64,000 nucleotides of DNA from an uncultured Clostridia bacterium (GCA_934122085.1 CAKOVS010000003.1:81734-145733); one strand, 5' to 3'; positions 9,087-18,140 are shown, counted from the first letter of the stretch. The notes: generated from the sequence alone by a model not told the origin. Numbers and translations: made by a program.

Positions 9087-9434
9087 AAATAAGTTCTCCT
9101 TTCAATTTGTTATGAAGAACTTTGAAATTATTGAAATAATTCAAGCAAAATTGCTTTGTTAAAATTTGTTGAAATTTTATAATTTTCTTTGTTGAAATGT
9201 TTGGTTGAAGAAAATAACCGAATTTTATAAAATTTTTCTGAACTCAAAAAAATTATGCTATTCTCAAATTTCTTTGAAAAATAGCATAATTCATAACTTT
9301 TGAATTTTTATAAATTCTCTTAAATTCCCTTGAAAAAGGGGCAAAATATGGTCGAGGCGACGAGAGTTTACCAGCCCAAACTAGCTTATTTTATTGCATT
9401 TTAGAATTTTCTGAATGTAGTTTGAATGCAGTAA

Positions 9435-10421
9435 CTATTCTAAATTTAAAATATCTCCAAGTAATAAATATGTATAAATTACGTAACTTTTTGCTTCATT
9501 TAAATTTATTTTATCGTGTGTTCCCTTACAAGCTGCATTATTTACGGAATCTATTCTATTACCTATATATGATAAATTTGACCCAACAATAGCATTATAT
9601 GTAGAACTCTTGCTTTTACTTTCTATATATTGAATTAATCTATTAACATATTGTTCTTCACCTAATTTTATTTCTTTTTTTCCAATAAAAATTGATTCTG
9701 GTTTGGGTGGATATAAATTGTCTGCAACTTCCTTTAATTTTCTTCTACAAGTATGTACAGCATTAGCCCAATCTTCTGGATTATTAGAATCCATATTAAG
9801 AAATATTGACGAAAACTTTCTAATAGTTTCTGGGCATAAATTTAGCAATTTGACATCTACTATTTTTCTTTTTTCGGTAAATATATCTTCAACTGTATTA
9901 CTATATGTTAACTGATTATATATTTTTAAAGTATAATCATAAATTTTTCCTTTTACGATACCTATTCTTTTTTCATACTTTTTTATTATTGCTACGATAC
10001 CATTTCTTTCAACTACATTTTTTGCACAAGAAATCATATATGGTGTAAAATCTGCCCCATAAGATTGAGGATCTTTTGCTGATTTCATTCTTTCAGTTTG
10101 TATATTTATAGTTTCTAGCATTTCAGCAATTGTTTCTGTATATGCTAACTCTTGTTTTTCTTTTTTGTCATTAGTTTCAATATAGATTCTTCCAGCAATT
10201 TTGCATATTTCCCATGCTCTATTGGTAAGATATCCTTCCTTATCTATCGGATATCCAGAAGATTCATAGCTAAAAAAATCAATTCCTTGTTCATCTCCCA
10301 TTAATCTACAAAGTCGTAATCCTTTTAATATTATATTATCCATTGGTATCTCTGATAATTCTATATTTTTTAAAATTTCTTCTGCTAAAGTTTCACATTC
10401 CTCTATATTTTTTATTTTCAT
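9435..10421 (-). CDS. Hypothetical protein (328 aa), last gene of the cargo operon
   Basis: Long ORF starting 24 nt after the Fic stop on the same strand. No family recognised. Confidence 0.55.
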   Translation of the reverse strand: MKIKNIEECETLAEEILKNIELSEIPMDNIILKGLRLCRLMGDEQGIDFFSYESSGYPIDKEGYLTNRAWEICKIAGRIYIETNDKKEKQELAYTETIAEMLETINIQTERMKSAKDPQSYGADFTPYMISCAKNVVERNGIVAIIKKYEKRIGIVKGKIYDYTLKIYNQLTYSNTVEDIFTEKRKIVDVKLLNLCPETIRKFSSIFLNMDSNNPEDWANAVHTCRRKLKEVADNLYPPKPESIFIGKKEIKLGEEQYVNRLIQYIESKSKSSTYNAIVGSNLSYIGNRIDSVNNAACKGTHDKINLNEAKSYVIYTYLLLGDILNLE

Positions 10422-10445
10422 TTATAATTACTCCTTGCTACAACA

Positions 10446-11129
10446 TTAATTTTTTTCATACCCAAATTTTTTCATTCTTTCTTTTTCTCTAGTAGATAAA
10501 TCTTTTAGCCATTCAGCTAAGCCATTACTATCATTATTTCTCAAAAATTCAAAATACTTTACCCTATCCTCTTTTGCTATAACAACAGGTGGCAAATTAT
10601 TTTTTAAAAATTCATAATTTATAAGTAATCTACCAGTTCTACCATTTCCATCTTCAAAAGGATGTATTCTTTCAAATTCGATATGATATCTAGCAATTTT
10701 AGTAAATATATCTTGCTCGTCGTGATTATAATTGTATATATAATACATCATTAAATTTGGCACTTTTTCAGGTTCAGGTGGAATATGTTCACTACCTTGA
10801 ATGAATACCTGTACAGCTCTATAACCTTCAGTATCTTTAATATCTCTGTTTATAATTTCATTTAATTTCTTTATAAGTCTTTCATCAAATTCTTCATTAT
10901 TTTGTAAATTTTTAAAAACTAATTCTAATGCTTTTTTATGATTGATAGCCTCATATATTTCTCTTGGCTCTTTTCCTTCTATTTTAAAGCTATTGTCATT
11001 ATAAAGAATAGCATAAGTTTCAGCATAAGTAAGTGTACTTCCTTCAATAGCATTTGAATGATAAGTACTTCTTGTAATTAAATCTTCTAAATAATCTTTA
11101 TTATTTAAAATAAATTCTAAAATAGTCAT
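10446..11129 (-). CDS. fic: Fic/Doc-family protein (AMPylation/phosphotransfer toxin-like)
   Basis: Canonical Fic motif HPFEDGNGRTGR. The N-terminal SNAIEG fits the [ST]xxxE[GN] inhibitory-helix motif. Confidence 0.8.
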   Translation of the reverse strand: MTILEFILNNKDYLEDLITRSTYHSNAIEGSTLTYAETYAILYNDNSFKIEGKEPREIYEAINHKKALELVFKNLQNNEEFDERLIKKLNEIINRDIKDTEGYRAVQVFIQGSEHIPPEPEKVPNLMMYYIYNYNHDEQDIFTKIARYHIEFERIHPFEDGNGRTGRLLINYEFLKNNLPPVVIAKEDRVKYFEFLRNNDSNGLAEWLKDLSTREKERMKKFGYEKN

Positions 11130-11143
11130 AGTTTTCCTCTTTT

Positions 11144-11893
11144 CTATAATCTTTTCATTATATCTATATACTCACCAGCAGTTAAAACTGTTTTAGGCAA
11201 ATGTAATTGAGTATAATAAGTATCTTTATTTTTTTGATATATTGCATCAATAATTTTACAATTTTCATCTTTATCAATTGTCATTACTAAACCAAGCACA
11301 TTATATTTTTGTGATAATTTTGTAGTATATAAAGCAATTCTATCAGTAGCATCAAGTGGCATTTCTTCGTCATCAAAAGAATCAATTTCAACAATTATAA
11401 TACTATTTTTTAAATCTTTAATTTTCAACATAATTTGTGGCTTAGGATCATTGCTCTTTACAAAATCATTAAATATATTAGCTATTTTTAGCATAGAAAT
11501 ATTTGTATTTGTTATAGTTTCTCCAAAAGTAGTTTTTCCTACACCACAACATAATTCGTTTATCGCAGTGTTTAGTGTAGTGTCATTTTTGTAGATTTCT
11601 TTAACTTTATTCATTCTCTTTTTTGTGAAGTTGTATTTATCTTTAATACCCGATATATCAAGTGTAGATATATCTGTTTCATCTACAAAAACATCTGGTG
11701 TTCTACCTAATAAATAATCAATTGACACATTAAAAATTGTTGACAATTTTTTTATTGCTTCAATATTGGGTTCTCTCATATCTAATTCATATTTTGATAT
11801 TGCTGCAGGCTCTACTCCTAATTTAGTAGCAATATCTTTTTGTGTAAAGCCATTTTTCTCTCTTAAATACTTTATTCTTTCCCCATTTGTCAT
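11144..11893 (-). CDS. XRE-family HTH regulator fused to a small P-loop NTPase-like domain
   Basis: N-terminal QKDIATKLGVEPAAISKYE HTH. Walker A-like CGVGKTT and Walker B-like IIIVEIDSFDDE in the C-terminal half. It is divergent from the xis-like gene, which is an ImmR-like position. Confidence 0.6.
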   Translation of the reverse strand: MTNGERIKYLREKNGFTQKDIATKLGVEPAAISKYELDMREPNIEAIKKLSTIFNVSIDYLLGRTPDVFVDETDISTLDISGIKDKYNFTKKRMNKVKEIYKNDTTLNTAINELCCGVGKTTFGETITNTNISMLKIANIFNDFVKSNDPKPQIMLKIKDLKNSIIIVEIDSFDDEEMPLDATDRIALYTTKLSQKYNVLGLVMTIDKDENCKIIDAIYQKNKDTYYTQLHLPKTVLTAGEYIDIMKRL

Positions 11894-11931
11894 AGTTTTT
11901 TCTCCTTCTTAATTTATGTATAAATTTTATC

Positions 11932-12160
11932 ATATCCATTTTGGAAAGTCAATGATTACTAAAAATTAAATATTTTTTACATAAAAGTTATAGAAAGTTC
12001 AAAAAATTTTGAAAAATATATTGACATTATATCCATTATGGATTAATATATAAATATCCAAAACGGATATAAATAGACTTGAAAGGAGGAATGCAATAAA
12101 AGTGAATATATAAATAACAATTTATTTTTTTACTCATTAAGTATCCAAAAAGGATAGATA
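11932..12160. promoter_or_regulatory. Divergent promoter region carrying four copies of the palindromic operator TATCCA-N3-5-GGATA
   Basis: atatccattttggaaag (11932-11948), atccattatggat (12031-12043, inside the spacer of TTGACA-N17-TAATAT at 12021-12048), tatccaaaacggata (12055-12069), tatccaaaaaggata (12142-12156). Confidence 0.55.
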
Positions 12161-12165
12161 TAATT

Positions 12166-12429
12166 TTGAAGGAGGACAAAGTTATGAATGAAAGTTTTAG
12201 TGAAGAACTTAAGAAAGAATTAGTAAAACAAGCTGTAAAAAGCTTGGATGACCCATTTAAAATGTTGACTGTAAAAGATGTAGCAAAAGATTTATATATG
12301 GGGGAAAACAAAACAAACGAAATATTTAATCGTGCAGACTTCCCATCTGTTAATATAGGCAAAACTAGAAAAATACAAAAGATAGCCTATATTTTATGGA
12401 AGATGGAAAAAAGGATTGATGTTATATGA
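12166..12429 (+). CDS. xis: Excisionase/MerR-like small HTH DNA-binding protein (Xis-like)
   Basis: KMLTVKDVAKDLYMGENKTNEIFNRADFPSVNIGKTRKI resembles the excisionase-family HTH. The start is likely the ATG at 12184, after the GGAGG. Confidence 0.5.
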   Translation: MKEDKVMNESFSEELKKELVKQAVKSLDDPFKMLTVKDVAKDLYMGENKTNEIFNRADFPSVNIGKTRKIQKIAYILWKMEKRIDVI

Positions 12430-12588
12430 GAAATATAAAAAACATTTATACAAAAGCACACTTTAGCGAGCAGGCTTTTGCACAAATGCTACATAAAGAC
12501 ATTCGTAATCTTTATAAGAATATTATATCATTTTTCCTTACTTCTAACAATAGAAAATTAAGTAGAAATATTAGAAAGTGAGTAGATT

Positions 12589-13386
12589 ATGGAAAAAACA
12601 AAGAGATATTATTGGATAAAGTTAAAAACTGATTTTTTTAATTTAGCTGAGATAGATTTTTTATTATCACAAAAAGATGGTTGTCAATATATAGTTTTAT
12701 ACCAAATGCTATGTTTACAAACTGCTAACAATAATGGTGAACTAGCATCGAGAGTTGGAGAAATGATTATTCCTTATGATCCAGATAAAATAGCAAGAGA
12801 TACTAAATATTTTAGTAAAGATACTGTTATTGTAGCTATGGAATTATTTAAAAAACTAAATTTAATATATACAGATGATGGAATTTGCTTAAAAATAGCA
12901 GGATTTGAAAATATGGTTGGTAGTGAAACTGGTTGGGCAAAACAAAAAAGAGAACAGAGAGAAAAGCAAAAATTATTAAGTGGACAATGTCCACCAAATA
13001 GTCCACAAGAGATAGATAAAGAGTTAGATATAGAGATAGATGAAGATATAGAAACTGATGGATTGAATGATAGATTAAAGTTAATTAATTTAAAATTAAA
13101 TAAAGCAAAACTAGTTCAAGAGGAAACAACAAAATACAATGCGATTTTCAATAAAAAGAAAATATATATTCAAAACGCAGAATATCTACCAGAAAATCTA
13201 TTAACACAAATAAAATTATATCAATCAGCAATCAAAAGATTATATGATAATAAACAAGCTGAATTATTAGAAAAAGTTACTTTACCGATACTAGAGAAAG
13301 TATTTGGTAACATTTTAAAAAGTAAAAAAATTGAAAATATAATAGAATATTACATTTCAAGTTTAATAAATGAACTTGCAAAATAG
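12589..13386 (+). CDS. Phage replisome organizer N-terminal domain protein (replication initiation)
   Basis: N-terminus YYWIKLKTDFF....LYQMLCLQ....GEMIIPYD....ELFKKLNLIY matches the Phage_rep_org_N pattern. Confidence 0.6.
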   Translation: MEKTKRYYWIKLKTDFFNLAEIDFLLSQKDGCQYIVLYQMLCLQTANNNGELASRVGEMIIPYDPDKIARDTKYFSKDTVIVAMELFKKLNLIYTDDGICLKIAGFENMVGSETGWAKQKREQREKQKLLSGQCPPNSPQEIDKELDIEIDEDIETDGLNDRLKLINLKLNKAKLVQEETTKYNAIFNKKKIYIQNAEYLPENLLTQIKLYQSAIKRLYDNKQAELLEKVTLPILEKVFGNILKSKKIENIIEYYISSLINELAK

Positions 13387-13398
13387 GAGGTCAAGATT

Positions 13399-14577
13399 AT
13401 GAAGAAAAAAAGAAGAAGAGGAAATGGCGAAGGTACAATATTTGAAGATAAGAAAAATAAAAGATGGATAGGTCAATACATATCAGGAATATCTTCAGAA
13501 GGAAAAGCTATTAGAAAATCAGTATATGGAAAAACTCAAAAAGAGGTTTTAAATAAATTAAATGAGATTAAATATAAAATGAATAATGATATGTATGTAG
13601 AGAAAAATGGAATTGAATTAGTAAAAATAATGGAAGATATAAGAGAAGAAAAACTTGCGTCAAATACAATTTCTGGTGGTCAATATGCTAGATTAAAATG
13701 GACTATCAATAAAATTAAAAATAGCAAAATTGGAAATATGAAAATACAAGATATAACAAAAGATGATATTCAAGAGTTTTTAAATTCTGTAAAAGATTTA
13801 AGTGATTCATATATTAAGAAACTTTATGAACAATTTGTACAAGCATATCGTAGGGCAGAAATTAAAAAATATATTTCATATAATCCTATGTATGAAGTAA
13901 TAAAACCTAAAAGCAATAAGCAAACTAAAGTCGTTGAAGCATTAGATATTGATGTGCAAAAATCATTTACAGAATATTTAAATAAAATTTCAATAGAAGA
14001 TGAACCATATAAAAATATATTTTTAATACAAATGTATATGGGATTAAGAATAGGAGAAGTACTAGCATTAAGCAAAGAGAGTATTGATTTAGAAAATAAA
14101 GTTTTATATGTTAAGAGAACACTTACAAATGATAAAGAATTTGCGATTATTTTAGGAAATAAGACCAAAACATATTCAGGTAATAGAATTTTACCTATAC
14201 CAGAATTTTTAGTGCCTATTTTTGAAGAACAACTAAAATATACAAATGAAAATTTATACAATTTAATATTTACAAATAATGATAGTTATATAAGAACATC
14301 TGCAATTAATAAAGAGCTAAAAAGAATTTTCAAAGAAGAATTAAATGTAAATTCTAAAAATATTAGCACACATTGTTTAAGACACACTTATGGAACAAGA
14401 TGTATTGAAGCAGGAATGACAGCAGTAGTTTTACAAAGATTAATGGGACACAAAGATGTTACAGTAACTTTAAATACATATACATCTGTGTTCAATAAAT
14501 TTAAAGAAGATGAAATTGAAAAAGTAAATAACTATTTAAATAATAACCAATTAAATTTTGTAAATAGCAGTAATTAG
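13399..14577 (+). CDS. int: Tyrosine-type site-specific recombinase/integrase
   Basis: C-terminus HCLRHTYGTRCIEAGMTAVVLQRLMGHKDVTVTLNTYTSV carries the R...H..R...Y catalytic signature. The N-terminal region is SAM-like. Confidence 0.85.
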   Translation: MKKKRRRGNGEGTIFEDKKNKRWIGQYISGISSEGKAIRKSVYGKTQKEVLNKLNEIKYKMNNDMYVEKNGIELVKIMEDIREEKLASNTISGGQYARLKWTINKIKNSKIGNMKIQDITKDDIQEFLNSVKDLSDSYIKKLYEQFVQAYRRAEIKKYISYNPMYEVIKPKSNKQTKVVEALDIDVQKSFTEYLNKISIEDEPYKNIFLIQMYMGLRIGEVLALSKESIDLENKVLYVKRTLTNDKEFAIILGNKTKTYSGNRILPIPEFLVPIFEEQLKYTNENLYNLIFTNNDSYIRTSAINKELKRIFKEELNVNSKNISTHCLRHTYGTRCIEAGMTAVVLQRLMGHKDVTVTLNTYTSVFNKFKEDEIEKVNNYLNNNQLNFVNSSN

Positions 14578-14595
14578 AATATCAAATATATAGTA

Positions 14596-14644
14596 TTGCA
14601 AGCTTCCTATTTGTAAGTACAAGTACTACAAATAGAGCTTGCAA
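14596..14644 (+). promoter_or_regulatory. Candidate oriT: imperfect 18-20 bp inverted repeat immediately upstream of mobC
   Basis: ttgcaagcttcctatttgta (14596-14615) pairs with tacaaatagagcttgcaa (14627-14644) around a central agtacaagtact. A ccccaacccc tract follows. Confidence 0.4.
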
Positions 14645-14702
14645 AATTGGGAGAACCCCAACCCCTTTAATCTGTTTTAGGGAAAATAAAGGAGGAAGTT
14701 GA

Positions 14703-15011
14703 ATGCAAAAAAATCAGAAGATAAATATACGATTAACTGAAAGTGAAAAGATGAAAATTGAAGAAAAATCAAAAATGTATAATATGACTATTTCTAAATT
14801 TATAATTAGTTCTTGTTTAAAAGATAAAATTATTATTGTAAATGGATTAGATAAAGTAGATAGTGAACTTAGAAGAATAGGAAATAATATTAATCAATTA
14901 ACAAGACTTGCAAATGAAAAAATAATTACAGTAGTTGACTTGAAAGAACTGCGAATGGAAGTGAATAACATATGGCAATTATTGAAGCAATTAGTTCAAA
15001 AGCAAATTTAA
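14703..15011 (+). CDS. mobC: MobC-like relaxosome accessory protein (ribbon-helix-helix)
   Basis: INIRLTESEKMKIEEKSKMYNMTISKFI. Small protein that overlaps the relaxase start. Confidence 0.6.
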   Translation: MQKNQKINIRLTESEKMKIEEKSKMYNMTISKFIISSCLKDKIIIVNGLDKVDSELRRIGNNINQLTRLANEKIITVVDLKELRMEVNNIWQLLKQLVQKQI

Positions 15012-16207
15012 AAACAATTATAAATTATGTTACACAAGACAAGAAAACAAATGCTAATTTGATAACAGGGAAAGACTGCTTAGCTGAAAGTAGTTTAGAA
15101 GAAATGTTATATACAAAAGAATTATATAACAAGAATAATGGCAGACAGTATATTCATATTATTCAATCATTTGACCCAAAAGATAATTTATCTGCAGATC
15201 AAGTTCATAATACAGGTATTAGATTAGCAAAAAAATTCAATGGATACCAGGTATTAGTCGCAACACATATTGATAAAAAACATTTGCATAACCATTTAGT
15301 TGTAAATTCAGTTTCATTTGAAAATGGATATAAAATACAAATGAGTAAAAAGAATTTACAAGATTTAAAAGATTATTCAGACAAGTTGTGTTTGGAAATA
15401 GGAGCTTCAGTTATACCTAAAAAAGAAAACACACAATACATAAAAAGAAATGAATACAGAGTTGCTGAACAAGGTAAGAGTTGGAAATTTAAATTAATGA
15501 ATGCAATTGATTTATCATTAGCAGAAAGTAATACAAAAGAAGAGTTTATAAAAAATATGAATAAATTAGGATATCAAGTTAATTGGACAGATACAAGAAA
15601 ATACATTACATATACAACACCTGAAGGATATAAATGTAGAGATAATAAATTATATGATGAAAAATATTCAAAAGGAGCAATGGAAAATGAATTTAGAAGA
15701 ATTGAAAAAGAACAATCAAATAATACAAGAAAATCAAGTAGTTCCATCAATAGTAAAGATGGATTATTATCTAATAGAGCCAGAGATAATCAAGGATTTA
15801 TATCAAATGGAACAAGCAATAGTAGAAGATATAACAATTATGAAAAAGAAAGTACAAGATACACAGGAAAAGTTATTAAAGGACAATATTCGAATGAACG
15901 AGGAAATGAAAAAATTGGTAGAGGAAAAGTTGAAAGATCAATTTTACAACTTGAAACAAGAATTGAAAGAAACGAAAGAGGAACAGAAAAGCAAGATTTC
16001 CAAAATAAAATGGAAAACAGGTTTAATAACATTCTTGGTGGGATTATTGCTATCAGCAATATGGTTTCTAACTCACAAATAAATCATAGACCTAAAAGAA
16101 AAATTAGAAGATATAAGACTTTATCAAAACAGGCTATGAAAGAATATGCAATGAAGAAAGCTAATTCTAGTGGTTTTGATTGGTTTGAAGATGAGGAAGA
16201 AATGTAA
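14972..16207 (+). CDS. mobA: MOBP-family relaxase (MobA/VirD2-like)
   Basis: Histidine-triad motif HIDKKHLHNHLVVNSV (HxDxxHxHxHxxxN). N-terminus MAIIEAISSKANLKTIINYV is typical of relaxases. Confidence 0.75.
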   Translation: MAIIEAISSKANLKTIINYVTQDKKTNANLITGKDCLAESSLEEMLYTKELYNKNNGRQYIHIIQSFDPKDNLSADQVHNTGIRLAKKFNGYQVLVATHIDKKHLHNHLVVNSVSFENGYKIQMSKKNLQDLKDYSDKLCLEIGASVIPKKENTQYIKRNEYRVAEQGKSWKFKLMNAIDLSLAESNTKEEFIKNMNKLGYQVNWTDTRKYITYTTPEGYKCRDNKLYDEKYSKGAMENEFRRIEKEQSNNTRKSSSSINSKDGLLSNRARDNQGFISNGTSNSRRYNNYEKESTRYTGKVIKGQYSNERGNEKIGRGKVERSILQLETRIERNERGTEKQDFQNKMENRFNNILGGIIAISNMVSNSQINHRPKRKIRRYKTLSKQAMKEYAMKKANSSGFDWFEDEEEM

Positions 16208-16341
16208 ATAGTTAACGAGTTTAGATAATATATTCATACATCGATTATATAATAGTTTAAATTTATAAAATTGTTGTTGACAAAATAATTTATTATGATA
16301 AAATTAAATTAATTATTTTTATTCGAAAGAGAGGGAAAGAT

Positions 16342-16710
16342 ATGGTAGAAAAAAATGAAACAGCTAATTCATATAATAAATATAGAACAATGCTAGAAAA
16401 TATAAAATCTAAATGTTTACCAAAAAATTTAATTAAGACAACTGAAGAAGGAGTAGAATATTATTGTTTTGATGGACTTCATGTTTGCCTTGAAGGTGAT
16501 GAAATTCACGTATTTGATAAAGAACCTCAATTTAATTACGATTATCTTGGTGATACAAAAAAATTAGTAGATTCTAATGTTCATTTTGGATTGAATATTA
16601 ATGATGAAATAAGTTTTGAAATTCTAGAAGGTTTTTATAATGTTGGTTCTGATCAGCTTGAAAATGGAGAATTTATTATGAACATTGACTTTGATCAAGA
16701 ACGGACTTAA
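16342..16710 (+). CDS. Hypothetical protein (122 aa) of the IME
   Basis: ORF with an upstream TTGACA...TAAAAT promoter and a GAGAGGGAAAG RBS. Confidence 0.45.
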   Translation: MVEKNETANSYNKYRTMLENIKSKCLPKNLIKTTEEGVEYYCFDGLHVCLEGDEIHVFDKEPQFNYDYLGDTKKLVDSNVHFGLNINDEISFEILEGFYNVGSDQLENGEFIMNIDFDQERT

Positions 16711-17044
16711 TTACGCTAATATATCTAAAAAATTAGTAAATAATAAATATGAGCTTGATATGAATGCCTTAGAAAATTCACAAGAAGACATTATACCTTT
16801 ATTACTTGCAGATATATCAAATCTTACTTCAAATAAGCAAGAACTCTTGCAATATGTAAATAAATTTTATCAAAAAATACAAGAAGTTTCTCAAGCAAAA
16901 GACTTAAAATCTGTAAGTACACAAGCTCTTGGTAAAGAAACATTAAGTGAGCAAAATGATACACAAGCTAAAGATGCTGTTCAACAAGATATAGAACAAC
17001 AATTAAATCAACAAAAAGATAAAGATAATCTTTCAAAAGAATAG
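16685..17044 (+). CDS. Hypothetical Q/K-rich protein; start uncertain
   Basis: ORF overlapping the previous one. An internal Met at about 16760 is a possible start. Confidence 0.35.
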   Translation: MTLIKNGLNYANISKKLVNNKYELDMNALENSQEDIIPLLLADISNLTSNKQELLQYVNKFYQKIQEVSQAKDLKSVSTQALGKETLSEQNDTQAKDAVQQDIEQQLNQQKDKDNLSKE

Positions 17045-17053
17045 GAGTATATT

Positions 17054-17497
17054 ATGATTAGTATGGAATATGCAAATGCATATACAGAGGTATTAGAAAT
17101 ATTAAAATTTATACCTAAAACAGATTATAATAAAATACCACAAGATATGATTAAAGTTTTTTCCGATAATCAAAATAAAAATTATATATTTAATTATAAT
17201 CCTTTACAATCTCTTGATGACCAAAATGTATCAAAAAAAGCAAAACTAATTATATCGATTTTATTTAGAGATTATTGGGCACAAGATAATCAAAGAGCAA
17301 AAATATTAAATAAAGAAAAAATAGATAGAATGAGATTTGAGGAAGAAAAACAAGAAAAATATAATGTAAATAATTTGTTTAAGAACAAACAAGAAAATTT
17401 GCAAAACTCAGAAAGTAATACTTCATTAATTGAAGTAAAAGAAAAGAATTTTTTACAAAAAATAATTGAAAAAATTATAAATTTATTTAGAAAATAG
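17054..17497 (+). CDS. Hypothetical protein (147 aa) of the IME
   Basis: ORF with a GGAG RBS (aataggagtatattATG). Confidence 0.45.
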   Translation: MISMEYANAYTEVLEILKFIPKTDYNKIPQDMIKVFSDNQNKNYIFNYNPLQSLDDQNVSKKAKLIISILFRDYWAQDNQRAKILNKEKIDRMRFEEEKQEKYNVNNLFKNKQENLQNSESNTSLIEVKEKNFLQKIIEKIINLFRK

Positions 17498-17764
17498 ATA
17501 TATATATCGATAACAAGATGAAATTTTGTATAATTTGCATCTTGTTATCTTTTATTATACTAAAATTTAAAAAATATAATTAAAGATACTTCCTTTATGC
17601 TAAAATAATTTGAATGCAATTATTACATTCAAATTATTTTAGCTGAATGTAGCATTGAATGCAGTAACACAAATATAGAGAAATTTAGAAAAAGTTAGAG
17701 AAAAGAAAAAAGGCTTCAAATAGCCTAAAAACAAATTAAGAGACTTGTAAAAAGTCTCTTTTTC

Positions 17765-17840
17765 TGGTCGAGGCGACAGGGATCGAACCTGCGACCTCAT
17801 GGTCCCAAACCACGCGCGCTACCAACTGCGCTACGCCTCG
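17765..17840 (-). tRNA. tRNA-Pro (anticodon TGG)
   Basis: Reverse complement CGAGGCGTAGCGCAGTTGGTAGCGCGCGTGGTTTGGGACCATGAGGTCGCAGGTTCGATCCCTGTCGCCTCGACCA. 7-bp acceptor stem, anticodon loop TTTGGGA, T-loop TTCGATC, encoded CCA. Confidence 0.9.
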
Positions 17841-18140
17841 ATTTCCAAATGCTTATATATAATATCATAAGTTTTAAAAAAATTCAAGTATTTATTTGAA
17901 TTTTTTTAAATTATTTAATTTTTTTTAATTATTTATTTTTGATTCAATAAAAAAGTAAATACCAAAAAAAACGAATTATTAAAATACATTTACTTTCGAA
18001 ATTTTACATTTAGCTTTTAATTTTATATTAATACTATATTTATTTAAGATTAACAACATTTATTATAGATATTATAGAGTCAAAAAAGAATCTCAGTTAT
18101 TGAAATAATTTATAATCAATATCTAGATTCTTTTTTATCT

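Larger units (their letters stand above)
9349..17777. mobile_element. Integrative mobilizable element (about 8.4 kb) inserted at the 3' end of tRNA-Pro, with int, xis-like, rep organizer, mobC, relaxase and cargo
   Basis: A 13-bp direct repeat tggtcgaggcgac lies at 9349-9361 and again at the tRNA-Pro 3' end (17765-17777). The interval holds a tyrosine integrase, MobC and a MOBP relaxase, Xis-like and replisome organizer genes, and repeated arm-type motifs near both ends. Confidence 0.65.

Noticed and set aside
12036-12362. 108-aa ORF on the minus strand
   Set aside because: It lies antisense over the operator/promoter region and the xis-like gene. It is Ile/Phe/Ser-rich AT-driven noise with no RBS. 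The plus-strand xis-like ORF is supported by RBS and context.
13824-14261. 145-aa minus-strand ORF inside the integrase gene
   Set aside because: It is fully contained antisense within a gene with unmistakable tyrosine-recombinase motifs, so it is a spurious AT-rich reading frame.
15654-16082. 142-aa alternate-frame ORF inside the relaxase gene
   Set aside because: It is the same strand but a different frame within the relaxase coding region. Its lysine/glutamate-rich content reflects the relaxase low-complexity tail. There is no independent start signal.
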